Source: Thermodesulfobacteriota bacterium
GTDB lineage: Bacteria; Desulfobacterota; Desulfobacteria; Desulfobacterales; SURF-7
Assembly: GCA_049320885.1 (NCBI GenBank)
Contig: JBMORA010000022.1
Coordinates: 1 to 64,000, forward strand
Reading direction: 5' to 3'
DNA length: 64,000 bases
Made by a program: the position numbers and the translations under genes. Below the pieces are notes generated by a model that had not been told where the DNA came from, did no database searches, and saw nothing but the letters and a program-made list of their open reading frames with translations. Position 1 is the first letter of the stretch, and the number at the start of each line of letters is the position of its first letter. Positions 17,271-27,322 of the stretch are shown here, in pieces.

Positions 17271-17822
17271 ATGAATGATTACTGGGATATTTATGAAATC
17301 TATTGCGAGCGTGTCCGCAGGTTTATAATTTTGACCGTGAAAGATACCTGGGTAGCGGAAGACTTGCTTCAGGAAACATTTATCAGGGTGCAAAAAAATC
17401 TGACCCAGTTAAATGATAGTGGGAAGCTTAAATCCTGGATATTCCGTATTGCGTACAATTTGTGCCAAGACCATTTTAGGCAATCCAAACGAATATCCAA
17501 CCGGGAAGAACCGGTCATGCAAATTGAGATCTTACCTCATTACACTTCAGCTCAGAAAATGCTGGAACAGCAGCAGATGTCAGCGTGCGTCCAAGAGCAG
17601 ACAAAACTGCTGCCTGAATCCCTGCGGACACCCTTGCTCCTTTTCGAGATTTTGGAATTCAAGCAGCAGGAAATTGCCGAAATTTTAAATATCAGTGTTG
17701 AAAACACAAAAGTCCGCTTGCATCGGGCACGCAAGCAGATGAGAGCGATCCTGAATGAAAAATGCCGTTTTGAAAAAGATGAACGAAATGTCCTGGTTTG
17801 TGAACCGCGGCTGAAGAAGTAG
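17271..17822 (+). CDS. ECF RNA polymerase sigma factor
   Basis: AEDLLQETFIR, SWIFRIAYNLCQD, EIAEILNIS.ENTKVRLHRAR. Confidence 0.9.
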   Translation: MNDYWDIYEIYCERVRRFIILTVKDTWVAEDLLQETFIRVQKNLTQLNDSGKLKSWIFRIAYNLCQDHFRQSKRISNREEPVMQIEILPHYTSAQKMLEQQQMSACVQEQTKLLPESLRTPLLLFEILEFKQQEIAEILNISVENTKVRLHRARKQMRAILNEKCRFEKDERNVLVCEPRLKK

Positions 17823-17902
17823 TTTATTAACATATTCAAAACCAATTCTCGTTGATGCGGTGTGTTGTGAGTATCCATGTTTGTGGCGGGATTCTGATAC
17901 AT

Positions 17903-18697
17903 TTAAACAATCTCCATCGAAATCATGGTTATGTCGTCATGATGTAGGTTGTTTCCCGTATATCGAAGCAATGCTTTGAGAACTTCGGATTTGAGCTCAG
18001 AAAGAGTGGCCTTGGCATTTGCGTCAAGGATATCTTTAAGGCGAGTGAATCCAAAACTTTCACCCGTAGGGTTGGGTGCGTCGATAAGGCCATCACTATA
18101 AACAAAAAGTCGGTCTCCAGCAGCCATCGGAATCGTCAACTGCCCATATCGAGTATCCGAAGAGACAGCAAGGGGTATATTCAAGGGCCGGCCTTCGGCT
18201 TTACCTTTATTACTTGGAGGTTTGGCATAAATCCATGCCTTGTCGGTTACTCGTCGGTATAGAACAGGTGGGTGTCCGGCATAAGAAACCCTCGCTTCAC
18301 TTTCCTGACTGTAATACGCGACAACTGCCGCGGTAGTCATTGCATCCAGGCTCCGGCTGATAATTCGTTGGTTCACTTCACCAAGGATGACTCGACTGTC
18401 CGGCTCTCACATATGAGCTTTCAAAGAGTTGTAGACGTACTGGCTTACTTCCGAGACAGTCTCGCCATGGCCGGTAACATCAGCGATCGCCAGCCGGGTA
18501 ATTATGCCGCCCCTGCATACTCCAAAGAAATAGATATCTCCACCCTTACCTCCCTCACAGGGCGCAGAATAGATAGAACCGATGACCTTCCCGGCAGAGA
18601 CTTCGAGGTCCTGGCTTCGGATGCCTCCCCATAAATCCTTACACTCAAGCCGGCACTGCGAGTTAACAACCTGAAATGGTGATTCTTCTTTGTGCAT
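17903..18697 (-). pseudogene. PP2C/SpoIIE-family phosphatase interrupted by a single in-frame TGA (pseudogene or recoded)
   Basis: GGDIY, IADVTGHG, AGHPP, YSDGL.D and HDDIT all lie in one frame; the only interruption is TGA at 18407-18409. Confidence 0.8.
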
Positions 18698-18787
18698 TGG
18701 CCTTATCCTTTCCTGGAATTGAGACTACAATTGTGAGCTGGTTATCCTGCTCGGTCATCGAAGAGATAACAATTCCGTTTTCAAGCC

Positions 18788-20278
18788 TCAAATCGCACGG
18801 AAGCGTCTCACCATGTCGTTCAGCTGAGTGGCGAGTTGCATCAGTTCCTTGATGCTGGTGTTCACCTTGGCGCTCCTGTCCGCCATGCTTCCAGCAGCCT
18901 CATTGGCCTTGGAAATATCTTTCGATATCTCTTCGGCGACAAGGGTATTCTGCATCATACTGGTATTGATTTCCGAAATCCCCTGGGTCGCCTGGGTCAC
19001 ACTCCCGGCTATCTCTCGTGTAGTTGCGGACTGCTCCTCCACCGATGAGGAGATGATTACCACGAAATTGTTCAACTCATCGATCACTTCGGAAATTTTG
19101 ACAATTTTGTCCACGGTTTCCGACGTGACATTTTGCATGTCTTTGATCTGCTGTTTTATCTGCTGGGTCGCATTCGAAGTTTGCTTTGCCAATTCCTTGA
19201 TTTCATTGGCTACAACAGAGAATCCCTTCCCCGCCTCCCCTGCCCGGGCCGCCTCAATCGTCGCGTTGAGCGCCAACAAATTCGTTTGTTCAGAAATATC
19301 CTTGATGGTCTCGGTTATCTTGCCAACCTCTATCGCCGTCTCGCCCAGTTTTCGAACCAGTTTGGAGATCGCCTTTGACTGGGAAACGGTATTGAGGGCC
19401 ACCTCCTGGGTACGACTCGTATTTTCGGCGACTTCATGAATCGTGCTGGTCATCTGTTCAACTGACAAGGCTACCATGTTCGCATTATTGGACAACTGCT
19501 CCATGGAGGTCGCTACGGTTTTTGTATTGCCGCTGAACTGTTCGTATGACCTTACAACATTTTTGGAGATGCTTGACATCTCACCGGCTCCACCTGACAT
19601 CTGCTCAGATAGGTCGGATAGCCCAATGGAGGATTGATTTAAAAATTCAGCATTTTTCTGAATCTCCAGAATGGCCTCCTGCAGCTGGGATTTGCTTGCT
19701 GTCAGCTCGACTTCCCGCCTCTTCAACTGTTTTCGAATCCCATTCATGTAAGTGCCGATATAGGTGAGCCAGCCCAAACCCAGGGTACAGATGACCCATT
19801 GCACAATATTCTGGGTAAGATTGAAATTCGGGGGAGGCGACAGGATGTTCAGCAAAATCACTACGCCATAGCCAATCACCGCATTCAGCGATACGAAAAT
19901 AAAACCGAACATGTTGAGTTGAAAAGCACCAAAGAGGATTGTCAACAAGTATAAAACCATGACAGCCCCTCGGATTTCTTGAATAAAATACATGAAATAA
20001 CTGATATAAAAAAGACCCGCGGAAATTTGAAACGCTGTAAGGCTGGGATCCTTGAATCCCCTGTTCATACCGCTCCGGATAATGATAAAAAACAGGGACT
20101 GAACGGAAACAAGAAGCCCGAAGAAAAGAACTCGTTGATGGATTGACATGGCCACCAAGCCTGCCTGCATGGCAACGACGATCACGATGGCGCAAACGCC
20201 AAAAAAGGCATTGGCCATGAACAGGCGCTTGATTCGAAATGCCTGTTTCCTGTCATCTCTTGGAATTATTGAAAACAT
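18788..20278 (-). CDS. Methyl-accepting chemotaxis protein with a multi-TM N-terminal sensor
   Basis: [37 protein letters not shown]; about six N-terminal TM segments; RBS GGAG before ATG 20278. Confidence 0.9.
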   Translation of the reverse strand: MFSIIPRDDRKQAFRIKRLFMANAFFGVCAIVIVVAMQAGLVAMSIHQRVLFFGLLVSVQSLFFIIIRSGMNRGFKDPSLTAFQISAGLFYISYFMYFIQEIRGAVMVLYLLTILFGAFQLNMFGFIFVSLNAVIGYGVVILLNILSPPPNFNLTQNIVQWVICTLGLGWLTYIGTYMNGIRKQLKRREVELTASKSQLQEAILEIQKNAEFLNQSSIGLSDLSEQMSGGAGEMSSISKNVVRSYEQFSGNTKTVATSMEQLSNNANMVALSVEQMTSTIHEVAENTSRTQEVALNTVSQSKAISKLVRKLGETAIEVGKITETIKDISEQTNLLALNATIEAARAGEAGKGFSVVANEIKELAKQTSNATQQIKQQIKDMQNVTSETVDKIVKISEVIDELNNFVVIISSSVEEQSATTREIAGSVTQATQGISEINTSMMQNTLVAEEISKDISKANEAAGSMADRSAKVNTSIKELMQLATQLNDMVRRFRAI

Positions 20279-20656
20279 GATCTCTCCAAATTTCGTCATA
20301 TGATGCCAACCATCGGTTGGAAGAGAACGCTCATGCAAAGGAGAAACGGGTTGACTCCAGAGGAATCGTGCTCTTTTTTTCCGAATTGTTTTACAGAAAC
20401 GATGGTTGAGGTTTTGATCTTCGCAGATGTTATGGGCGCTGTACTATCACGCTGTGATAATTTTTAAAGATTGTATTCGAAAACGATATATTTATCAAGA
20501 ACGGAAAACGCAGGATAGCTTGCCAGAGGGCATACGTCTCCAACCCAACAAAAAGGATGCACAAAGCTTCTGCCATTCCGCACGTTACCAGCCCGGTAAT
20601 TCCGTTCGAGGGGATGGGCAGAAATAGCCAAGTTCATTCGCGGTTTTCAGGCGTCA

Positions 20657-21274
20657 TCAGGAAGGGACGATGGTACTGTTGTCCGCCTTGACGTAAGTGC
20701 TGGAGTTGAGGGGGTGCCTGCCTTCAATGCCGCTATAGAAATCACGGATGGTCGCCATATCCGACTCAATGTCTCCCGTGGGTATGACTGCGGGGCCGAT
20801 TCCCCCGGTCTTCCTGCCATAGTCCAGGTAACCCAGCACGATGGGAACACCGGCCCCATTGGCAATGTGATAAAATCCGGTTTTCCAGTACATGACCCTG
20901 CGGCGGGTCCCCGACGGGGGAATGATCATGACCAGTTCATCCGTTTCCTGAAATTTGCTGATGGACTGGGTCACCACGTTGTTCGATTTTGAACGGTCGA
21001 CGGGAATGGCGCCCAACCATCTGAAAAAAGGCCCCATGGGCCAGCGGAACCACTCCGCCTTCATCATGATGAGGGGTTTAATGCGGAAAAGGAATGCTAG
21101 GCAGACCGTATACAGAAAATCCCAGTTTGACGTATGAGGCGCGGCAATGATGACATACCGGGGGATGTCGGGTTTTTGCCCTTGGGATTGCCATCCGGCG
21201 ATTTTGAAAATGACGATGGCCAAACACCGCATCAGCGGCCTGACGACGGGCGTGTCATGAACAGTATACGGCAT
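20657..21274 (-). CDS. Lysophospholipid acyltransferase (PlsC-like)
   Basis: HTSNWD (HxxxxD), GAIPVDR, PSGTR, WKTGFY. Confidence 0.85.
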   Translation of the reverse strand: MPYTVHDTPVVRPLMRCLAIVIFKIAGWQSQGQKPDIPRYVIIAAPHTSNWDFLYTVCLAFLFRIKPLIMMKAEWFRWPMGPFFRWLGAIPVDRSKSNNVVTQSISKFQETDELVMIIPPSGTRRRVMYWKTGFYHIANGAGVPIVLGYLDYGRKTGGIGPAVIPTGDIESDMATIRDFYSGIEGRHPLNSSTYVKADNSTIVPS

Positions 21275-21384
21275 GATGCATAATTCCTTTCACTGCTTTC
21301 TTCAGTAAAACTGCTTATACATCATCCGTAAGGAATTTAATCTCCTTAAAACAACCGCAAAAGGATTATTACAATACTTTTACA

Positions 21385-21603
21385 TTACCTGGGGCGGATA
21401 AGGATGACGCCGTCATCGCTTCCGCCATTCATTTGCTGACGATTGCCCAGGATGAGGCCGCAATAGGCAAGATACGGGAGATCGCCGTCAATGGAGTCGG
21501 CAAGGTTAGGGATACGGCTGGCGGGGCCTTGGGAATTTTTGGTCATCCCCGGGGTTTTGATCTCCTGGTAAGCGGAAGTTTGCATACGATCAGCAGTACT
21601 CAT
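21385..21603 (-). CDS. Hypothetical small protein (72 aa)
   Basis: Strong RBS AAAGGAG before ATG 21603; no recognisable domain. Confidence 0.45.
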   Translation of the reverse strand: MSTADRMQTSAYQEIKTPGMTKNSQGPASRIPNLADSIDGDLPYLAYCGLILGNRQQMNGGSDDGVILIRPR

Positions 21604-21898
21604 TTTTTCTCCTTTATGCGATACGCTAACATATGTTATCATGAAGCCAGCTCGAATAGCCGACAAAAATGAACTTCCTGCCAGTTTTTGATATAAACGT
21701 AGAAAAATCCAACAAAACCCCCAAAAATCCATTAACACAATATTACTATTTTTCAATTCTTTATGGAAAGATCAAACTCTTTGGCTGCTTGATTGCGCAT
21801 AAATTACGCACTTATCGAGCCGGTTTGATGATTGTTGGAAATTACTATAAGGAAGCGGGTTTTATATTCGGATGGCTTAAAAAGAAACCCTCCAAAAA

Positions 21899-21934
21899 TG
21901 AAAAAGGGCTGACCGGTAGGTCAACCCTTTTTCA
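21899..21934. terminator. Intrinsic (bidirectional-type) terminator downstream of the tRNA pair
   Basis: TGAAAAAGGGCTGACC-ggta-GGTCAACCCTTTTTCA. Confidence 0.75.
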
Positions 21935-21975
21935 TTGTGCTTATATTTTCAAGGGGGTTACCCTTGTTGTCCCTG

Positions 21976-22053
21976 TGGCGTCCCCAAGGGGATTTGAACC
22001 CCTGTTGCCGGCGTGAAAGGCCGGTGTCCTGGACCAGGCTAGACGATGGGGAC
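21976..22053 (-). tRNA. tRNA-Glu (TTC)
   Basis: Reverse complement folds as a cloverleaf: GTCCCCA...anticodon loop CT-TTC-AC...GGTTCAAATCC...GGGGACG-CCA. Confidence 0.95.
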
Positions 22054-22074
22054 CGGTGCACGGCATCGCTTAGA

Positions 22075-22147
22075 TGGGCCGTGTTGGACTCGAACCAACG
22101 ACTCTCTGCTTAAAAGGCAGATACTCTACCGTCTGAGTTAACGGCCC
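22075..22147 (-). tRNA. tRNA-Lys (TTT)
   Basis: GGGCCGT...loop CT-TTT-AA...GGTTCGAGTCC...ACGGCCCA; CCA not encoded. Confidence 0.95.
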
Positions 22148-22160
22148 TTAAAACAAAAAG

Positions 22161-22189
22161 CTTCTAACGGTTAATTGGAACCTTGTCAA
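22161..22189 (-). promoter_or_regulatory. sigma70 promoter of the tRNA-Lys/Glu operon
   Basis: TTGACA-17-TAGAAG, 13 nt upstream of tRNA-Lys. Confidence 0.6.
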
Positions 22190-22283
22190 TAAAAAAATGC
22201 GGGCTGGAACCCGGTATATTCCCGGATCATGAAAAATCGCCTGGAATATCAAGGCGGAGTGGCGGAAAGGGTGCAGGGTTTTT

Positions 22284-23234
22284 CTATGCATGGTCCGGCC
22301 CCTGATCCGGCAGGGGGAAACAGTCGCCGTAATGAATGGCCCGGCGGCTGCCGTCCGGGCTTTCCAGGATCAGGGCCCCGTTTTGATCCACGTCCACGGC
22401 CAGGCCGCTGTATTGATCCGTGGCGGTGACGATCCGCACCGGTTTGCCGATGGTCATGGCCATGGATTTCCACTCGTCGATGATGCCGGCAAGGTCATCG
22501 CCCCGCAGTTTGGTTTCCAGGGCGTCCAGAAAGGCGGCCAGGAGCCGGCGCCGGGGCACGGAATGACCGGTTTCTTTCCGGATGGAAGTGGCCCGGGGTT
22601 CGTCCGGCGTGGGATCGTTGTTGACGTTGATGCCGATGCCGATGTTGAGGAAGGCGATGCCGCCGGCCTCCAGCCCCAATTCCGAAAGCATGCCGCTGAT
22701 TTTCCGGCCCTGGATCAGGATATCGTTGGGCCATTTGACCTCGGCCGGCAGGTTGTACAACTGTCTCAGCAGGCGGGCGAGGACCGCCGAGGCGGCGAAA
22801 TTGACCCGGAAAGCGAATTGCGGGGCCATCCGGGGCCGTGCGATGATGGTCAGGTACAGGCCGCCCGGATCCGAAAGCCAGACCCGCCCCAGGCGGCCGC
22901 GGCCTTTGTGCTGGCGGTCGGCGGTGACTGCGGTGAAATCCGGGCAGCCGTCCCGGGCCAGCCTGCGGGCGATGTCCATGGTGGATTCGGCCACGGGATA
23001 GCAATGCATCCGGTGCTCCCTGCCGGGAAATTCCCAGGGAAACAGGCTGTCTTCCGGGGCCGCCAGGCAATATCCGCCGGGGCCGGCCTGGATGTCGTGG
23101 CCCCGGCCGGATAATTCCCGGATCAGTTCCGTAACGGTTTCCCGGTCCAGGCCGAGCCGGGCGCAGAGGGCCTCCAGCGGCAGGCCCGGTTTTTCCATGT
23201 GCAGCAGACGCAGGAGCGCGGAGGACGCTGTCAT
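22284..23234 (-). CDS. birA: Biotin--[acetyl-CoA-carboxylase] ligase with an N-terminal HTH
   Basis: STMD, Q.KGRGRLGR.W.S, KWPNDI, KISGML, GIGINVN; ATG overlaps the xth stop. Confidence 0.9.
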   Translation of the reverse strand: MTASSALLRLLHMEKPGLPLEALCARLGLDRETVTELIRELSGRGHDIQAGPGGYCLAAPEDSLFPWEFPGREHRMHCYPVAESTMDIARRLARDGCPDFTAVTADRQHKGRGRLGRVWLSDPGGLYLTIIARPRMAPQFAFRVNFAASAVLARLLRQLYNLPAEVKWPNDILIQGRKISGMLSELGLEAGGIAFLNIGIGINVNNDPTPDEPRATSIRKETGHSVPRRRLLAAFLDALETKLRGDDLAGIIDEWKSMAMTIGKPVRIVTATDQYSGLAVDVDQNGALILESPDGSRRAIHYGDCFPLPDQGPDHA

Positions 23235-24022
23235 GGGATCTCCAGGACGATTCCGACCGGGCAATGGTCCGACCCGTGGATGGTGTTGTCGATGAAGGTA
23301 TCCCGGACCCAGCCGTTTTCGATCATGTCCCGGGTGACGAAAACATAATCGATCCGCCAGCCCACATTGTTGGTCCGGGCGTTGAAGCGGTATGTCCACC
23401 AGGAATATTGGACCGTGTCCGGGTTGAAATGCCGGAAGGTGTCCACATAGCCGTCGGCGACGATTTTATCCAGCCAGTCGCGTTCGATTCTCAAAAAGCC
23501 GGAATATTTTTCATTGGCCTTGGGATTTTTCAGGTCGATTTCATTGTGGGCCGTGTTGTAATCGCCGGTGATGACGAGGCTGCGCCCCTGTTGTTTATAG
23601 GTATCGGCATGGGCGAAAAAGTCCCGATAAAAATCCAGCTTGTAGGCCAGGCGCTCGTCGCTCATCTGGCCGTTGGGGAAATAGATGTTGAAGAACAGGA
23701 AATCCCCGAAATCCATTTCCAGGATGCGGCCTTCCTGGTCGAAGAGGGGGTTGCCGGTTCCATGGCGGACCGCCAGCGGCTTGATCCGGGAATAGGTCGC
23801 GACCCCGCTGTAGCCTTTTTTGGTGGCGGCGAAGGACCAATAGGAGTCATAGCCGGGGATGGATTTCAGGTCCTCGGTGAGCTGGGCTTCCTGGAGTTTG
23901 GTTTCCTGGATGGCCACGATATCCGCATCCAGGGCCGCAATGGACGCCAGAAAATCCTTTTTCATGACCGCCCGGAGTCCGTTGACGTTCCAGGAAACGA
24001 GTTTGACGGTTTTGGTTGCCAT
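23231..24022 (-). CDS. xth: Exodeoxyribonuclease III
   Basis: SWNVNGLRA, QETK, GYSGV, GDYN.AH, GWRIDY, GSDHCP. Confidence 0.95.
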   Translation of the reverse strand: MATKTVKLVSWNVNGLRAVMKKDFLASIAALDADIVAIQETKLQEAQLTEDLKSIPGYDSYWSFAATKKGYSGVATYSRIKPLAVRHGTGNPLFDQEGRILEMDFGDFLFFNIYFPNGQMSDERLAYKLDFYRDFFAHADTYKQQGRSLVITGDYNTAHNEIDLKNPKANEKYSGFLRIERDWLDKIVADGYVDTFRHFNPDTVQYSWWTYRFNARTNNVGWRIDYVFVTRDMIENGWVRDTFIDNTIHGSDHCPVGIVLEIP

Positions 24023-24026
24023 GGGG

Positions 24027-25265
24027 TTACCTGCCGATGCTCGATAAGGCCCTGATCCGTTCCAGGACCGGCGGATGGGAATAATGCAGAAACACGTAAA
24101 ACGGATGCGGAAGCAGATTCGACAAATTCCGGGCCGACAGCTTTTTCAGGGCGGTTGCCAGGCTTTCCGGATCATGGGTGGTCTCCGCGGCGAACCGGTC
24201 GGCCGCGTATTCGTTGCGCCGGGAAATCCATTGGGCCAGCAGGCCGGCGGCGAAATCGATGGGGGTGTACAGCAGGCTGAAAAATATCAGGCCGGCGTAG
24301 ACGGACGGCCGGGTCATGTGAAAGGCGGCGAAAAGGTCCGGATCGGAGATGAAAAAGGACAACAGGTAAAAGACCAGCCCCATCTGCAGGATGCCGAAGG
24401 CCAGCATGCCCGGAATATGCTTTTTCCGGTAATGGCCCATCTCGTGGGCCAGGACGGCCACCAGCTCCGCCACGGAGTGCTGGGCCACGAGGGTGTCGTA
24501 GAGCACGATGCGCTTGTTACGGCCGAAACCGGCAAAGAAGGCATTGGATTTGCTGGAGCGCTTGGAGCCGTCCATGACAAAGACGTTTTGCAGGGGGAAC
24601 CGGATGGACCGGGCATAGGAAAAAATGGCGGTTTTCAATTCCCCGTCTTCAATGGGCTTGAATTGGTTGAACAGGGGCATGATCCAGGTGGGCGCGATGA
24701 ACTGGACGGCCAGCATGAACAGGGTCACCGCGCCCCAGCAGTACAGCCAAGCGGCTGTACCGGCGAATTCGAAAAAGGCCAGCACCGCTGCCAGCAGGGG
24801 CGTGCCCAGCAGCAGGCCGAGGAGGAGACCCTTGAACAGGTCGGCGACAAAGGTCTTCCCGGTGGTTTTGTTGAAGCCGAACCGTTCTTCGATAACGAAG
24901 GTGTCGTAAACCCGGAAGGGCAGGGAAAGCAGGGCTCTGGCCAGAATCAGCGCGCCCATGTAGAGGAGGCCGGTTACGATGGGGCCCTGGCCCCAGGCCC
25001 TGGCCCAGTCATCTAGGACGGCGAAGCCGTTGCCGAACCAGAACAGGATCAGCACCAGCAGATGGAAGGTGTCCGTTATCCAGCCGAAGCGGGTGTTGAC
25101 CAGGAGATAGGCCTGGGATTTGCGGTATTGCTCTTCATTATAGATCCCGGCAAAGGCTTCCGGCAGCTCCGGGCGCAGGCGCGACAAATTCAGGATATCC
25201 GCCAGCAGCGCCAATGCAAAATTGGCCGCCAGGGCCGCCAGAATGATCAGGCCGATGCCGTTCAT
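24027..25265 (-). CDS. M48 family (Ste24-like) membrane zinc metallopeptidase
   Basis: DGSKRS.KSNAFF, AVLAHEMGH, EYAAD, YSHPP..ERI. Confidence 0.9.
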   Translation of the reverse strand: MNGIGLIILAALAANFALALLADILNLSRLRPELPEAFAGIYNEEQYRKSQAYLLVNTRFGWITDTFHLLVLILFWFGNGFAVLDDWARAWGQGPIVTGLLYMGALILARALLSLPFRVYDTFVIEERFGFNKTTGKTFVADLFKGLLLGLLLGTPLLAAVLAFFEFAGTAAWLYCWGAVTLFMLAVQFIAPTWIMPLFNQFKPIEDGELKTAIFSYARSIRFPLQNVFVMDGSKRSSKSNAFFAGFGRNKRIVLYDTLVAQHSVAELVAVLAHEMGHYRKKHIPGMLAFGILQMGLVFYLLSFFISDPDLFAAFHMTRPSVYAGLIFFSLLYTPIDFAAGLLAQWISRRNEYAADRFAAETTHDPESLATALKKLSARNLSNLLPHPFYVFLHYSHPPVLERIRALSSIGR

Positions 25266-25305
25266 TTATGGAGAGAGTTGCCTGGACAACGTCTGATACA
25301 GAACC

Positions 25306-25590
25306 TCAATCACCGTTGATTTTATCGCGGAGTTTTCCGGAGCAGGTGAATGTCACGACTCGTCGCGGATCCAGCATCATATCATCTCCTGTGGCGGGAT
25401 TTCTTCCCCGGCGCTCCTTTTTCGCTTTGACATTGAATTTTCCGAAGCCGCTGATCATCATGGGGGAGCCGCTTTCCAGTGTCTTTTTAATGAGTTCGAG
25501 CAACGTTTCGGTCACTTCGGCCGATCTGTTTCTGGAATAACCAAGCGTTTCCTGAATCGCATCGATGATATGGTTTTTTGTAAGCGTCAT
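25306..25590 (-). CDS. ihfA: Integration host factor subunit alpha
   Basis: MTLTK, ISGFGKF.V..K.ER.GRNPATG...RRVVTF..S.KLR. Confidence 0.9.
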   Translation of the reverse strand: MTLTKNHIIDAIQETLGYSRNRSAEVTETLLELIKKTLESGSPMMISGFGKFNVKAKKERRGRNPATGDDMMLDPRRVVTFTCSGKLRDKINGD

Positions 25591-25763
25591 GAATTCATTG
25601 CTCCTCTGTCCGATAAGTTGCCAGTCAGGGCACGGAAGCCGCCGGGCTGACCGCCGGGTTGTGTGTTTATTGCACGAATCGCAACCGATCCCGCCGTTGT
25701 ACCGCTGAAAACGTCCGATTAGCTGTAACTACTGATGCCCATGCGTTTTGTCAAGTAGATATG

Positions 25764-26273
25764 TTAATTTTTTGGACAAACCTCATTTTTTCGGGATACC
25801 GAAAGGAAACAAAACGCTCCGGCGGAACCAAGGGCCGCGGCAAGCAGGTCCGCCCAATCGAAGGTCCCCTTCCGGAAAAAGGATGCGGTATTTTCCAGGA
25901 AGGGGAGGCTGTCGAACCAGGCCGGAATTCGGTCGGCCAGGGCGGCCCCGTACCGTTGGCCGATTTCGAAGGCGGCATCCACGGCAAACCAGGCGGCTGC
26001 CGCGGCGAGATAGCCCTTTTTGCCCCGGGCGATGAAAGCGCCGGTGACGGCGGTGAATGCAAAGGCATGGGCAAAGGCCGGCAGATTCCGCCCGAGGCCG
26101 CCGAACAGGTTCGGGACCTGCTCATGAAGGCGGATTTCCCGGGGGCCGCGGCGGACAAAATAGGCGGCCTCCGGGGGCCGGTCCGCCAGATATACCAGGG
26201 CGCCCGTTGCCAGCACGATCATGCCGACAACCACCTGGAGCCAGTTGATGGGGCGCTCGGGGGATGGGGTCAT
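25764..26273 (-). CDS. Hypothetical membrane protein
   Basis: Hydrophobic segments; FEIGQ and GTFD..DL motifs; ATG overlaps the HDOD stop. Confidence 0.65.
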   Translation of the reverse strand: MTPSPERPINWLQVVVGMIVLATGALVYLADRPPEAAYFVRRGPREIRLHEQVPNLFGGLGRNLPAFAHAFAFTAVTGAFIARGKKGYLAAAAAWFAVDAAFEIGQRYGAALADRIPAWFDSLPFLENTASFFRKGTFDWADLLAAALGSAGAFCFLSVSRKNEVCPKN

Positions 26274-27316
26274 GTTCCGATTTGTTCCGGCACCAGAAGG
26301 TCGGTGATTTCCGTTATCCGGGAGTCGATTTGTTCCGCGATGGTTTTCAGGAGCGGTAGGGGCATATCGACCTGCCGCCATGCCAGCGGGTCCATCTGGG
26401 GAACGAAGGTCTCGCCGCTGGTGCCGGTTTCCAGCGCGTTGGCGATCACATCCGCCAGGTGGATCACCGCGGTTTCCACCGGATAGGCACTGTGCTCCGG
26501 TGAATGATGGTACCGGATCATCTGTTCCAGTTCCCCGGGCAATTTCCATTTTTTCATCAGCATGCCGCCCATCCTGGCATGATCAAACCCCAGAATCTCG
26601 GTTTCCGCATGATGCAGCAGCAGGGAATACCGGGCGGCGAAATGGAGGGCCGCCTGGGCATGATCCGCCAGATGGCGATACAGGATCAGCCGGCCGAGAT
26701 CATGGAGCAACCCGGCCACGAAAAAGCGTTCCCGGTTGGGGAAGCCTTTGTTTTCGGCAATGACGCGGGCGATGATTCCGCAGGCGATGCTGTGCTTCCA
26801 GAAAGACGGCATGTCCACCAGTTCGATGGGGATGGTCCGGAAGGCGTTGACAACGGAAGTCCCCAGGCACAGGGCGTACAGGTCGTTGACGCCGATGATG
26901 GCGACCGCCTGGGATACCGTGCCGATTTCCGCCCGGAATCCGTAAAACGGGCTGTTGACGATTTTCAGCAGCCGGGCGGAAAGGGCCGGATCCTGGAGGA
27001 TCACCCGGGCGAAATCATCGGTTGAACTCCTTTCGTCGCTCATCAGTTCGATGAGCCGGCTGAAAATATGCGGCAGGGAGGGCAGGGTGATCCGGCCCTG
27101 GAGCAGGTGGTTCAGGTCCGGTTTCTCAAGGGTTCCGGCGGAGCCGGCGTCTGGTTTCGCCGGTTTTTTGGCGTTGCGCCTGCGCATGCGGGCAGCGGCC
27201 GCGTTACGCGCCAAACAAACGGCGAAAAGCGCCTGCACCCCTTCATGGGAAAGGACGTTGTGGCGGAACCGCCTGAGCTCAAGCTCCCTGGTATTTTCGA
27301 GATCCGGTGAATCCAT
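26270..27316 (-). CDS. HDOD domain protein
   Basis: LPSLP, DPALSARLLKIVNSPFYG, FWKHS, AGLLHDLG, DHA..G..L..KWKLP. Confidence 0.9.
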   Translation of the reverse strand: MDSPDLENTRELELRRFRHNVLSHEGVQALFAVCLARNAAAARMRRRNAKKPAKPDAGSAGTLEKPDLNHLLQGRITLPSLPHIFSRLIELMSDERSSTDDFARVILQDPALSARLLKIVNSPFYGFRAEIGTVSQAVAIIGVNDLYALCLGTSVVNAFRTIPIELVDMPSFWKHSIACGIIARVIAENKGFPNRERFFVAGLLHDLGRLILYRHLADHAQAALHFAARYSLLLHHAETEILGFDHARMGGMLMKKWKLPGELEQMIRYHHSPEHSAYPVETAVIHLADVIANALETGTSGETFVPQMDPLAWRQVDMPLPLLKTIAEQIDSRITEITDLLVPEQIGT

Positions 27317-27322
27317 CGGCGG

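Noticed and set aside
3100..17900. Integron interpretation of the small-gene array
   Set aside because: No tyrosine recombinase in the window, mixed gene orientations, and no convincing RYYYAAC...GTTRRRY attC sites seen by eye; an IntegronFinder run would settle it.
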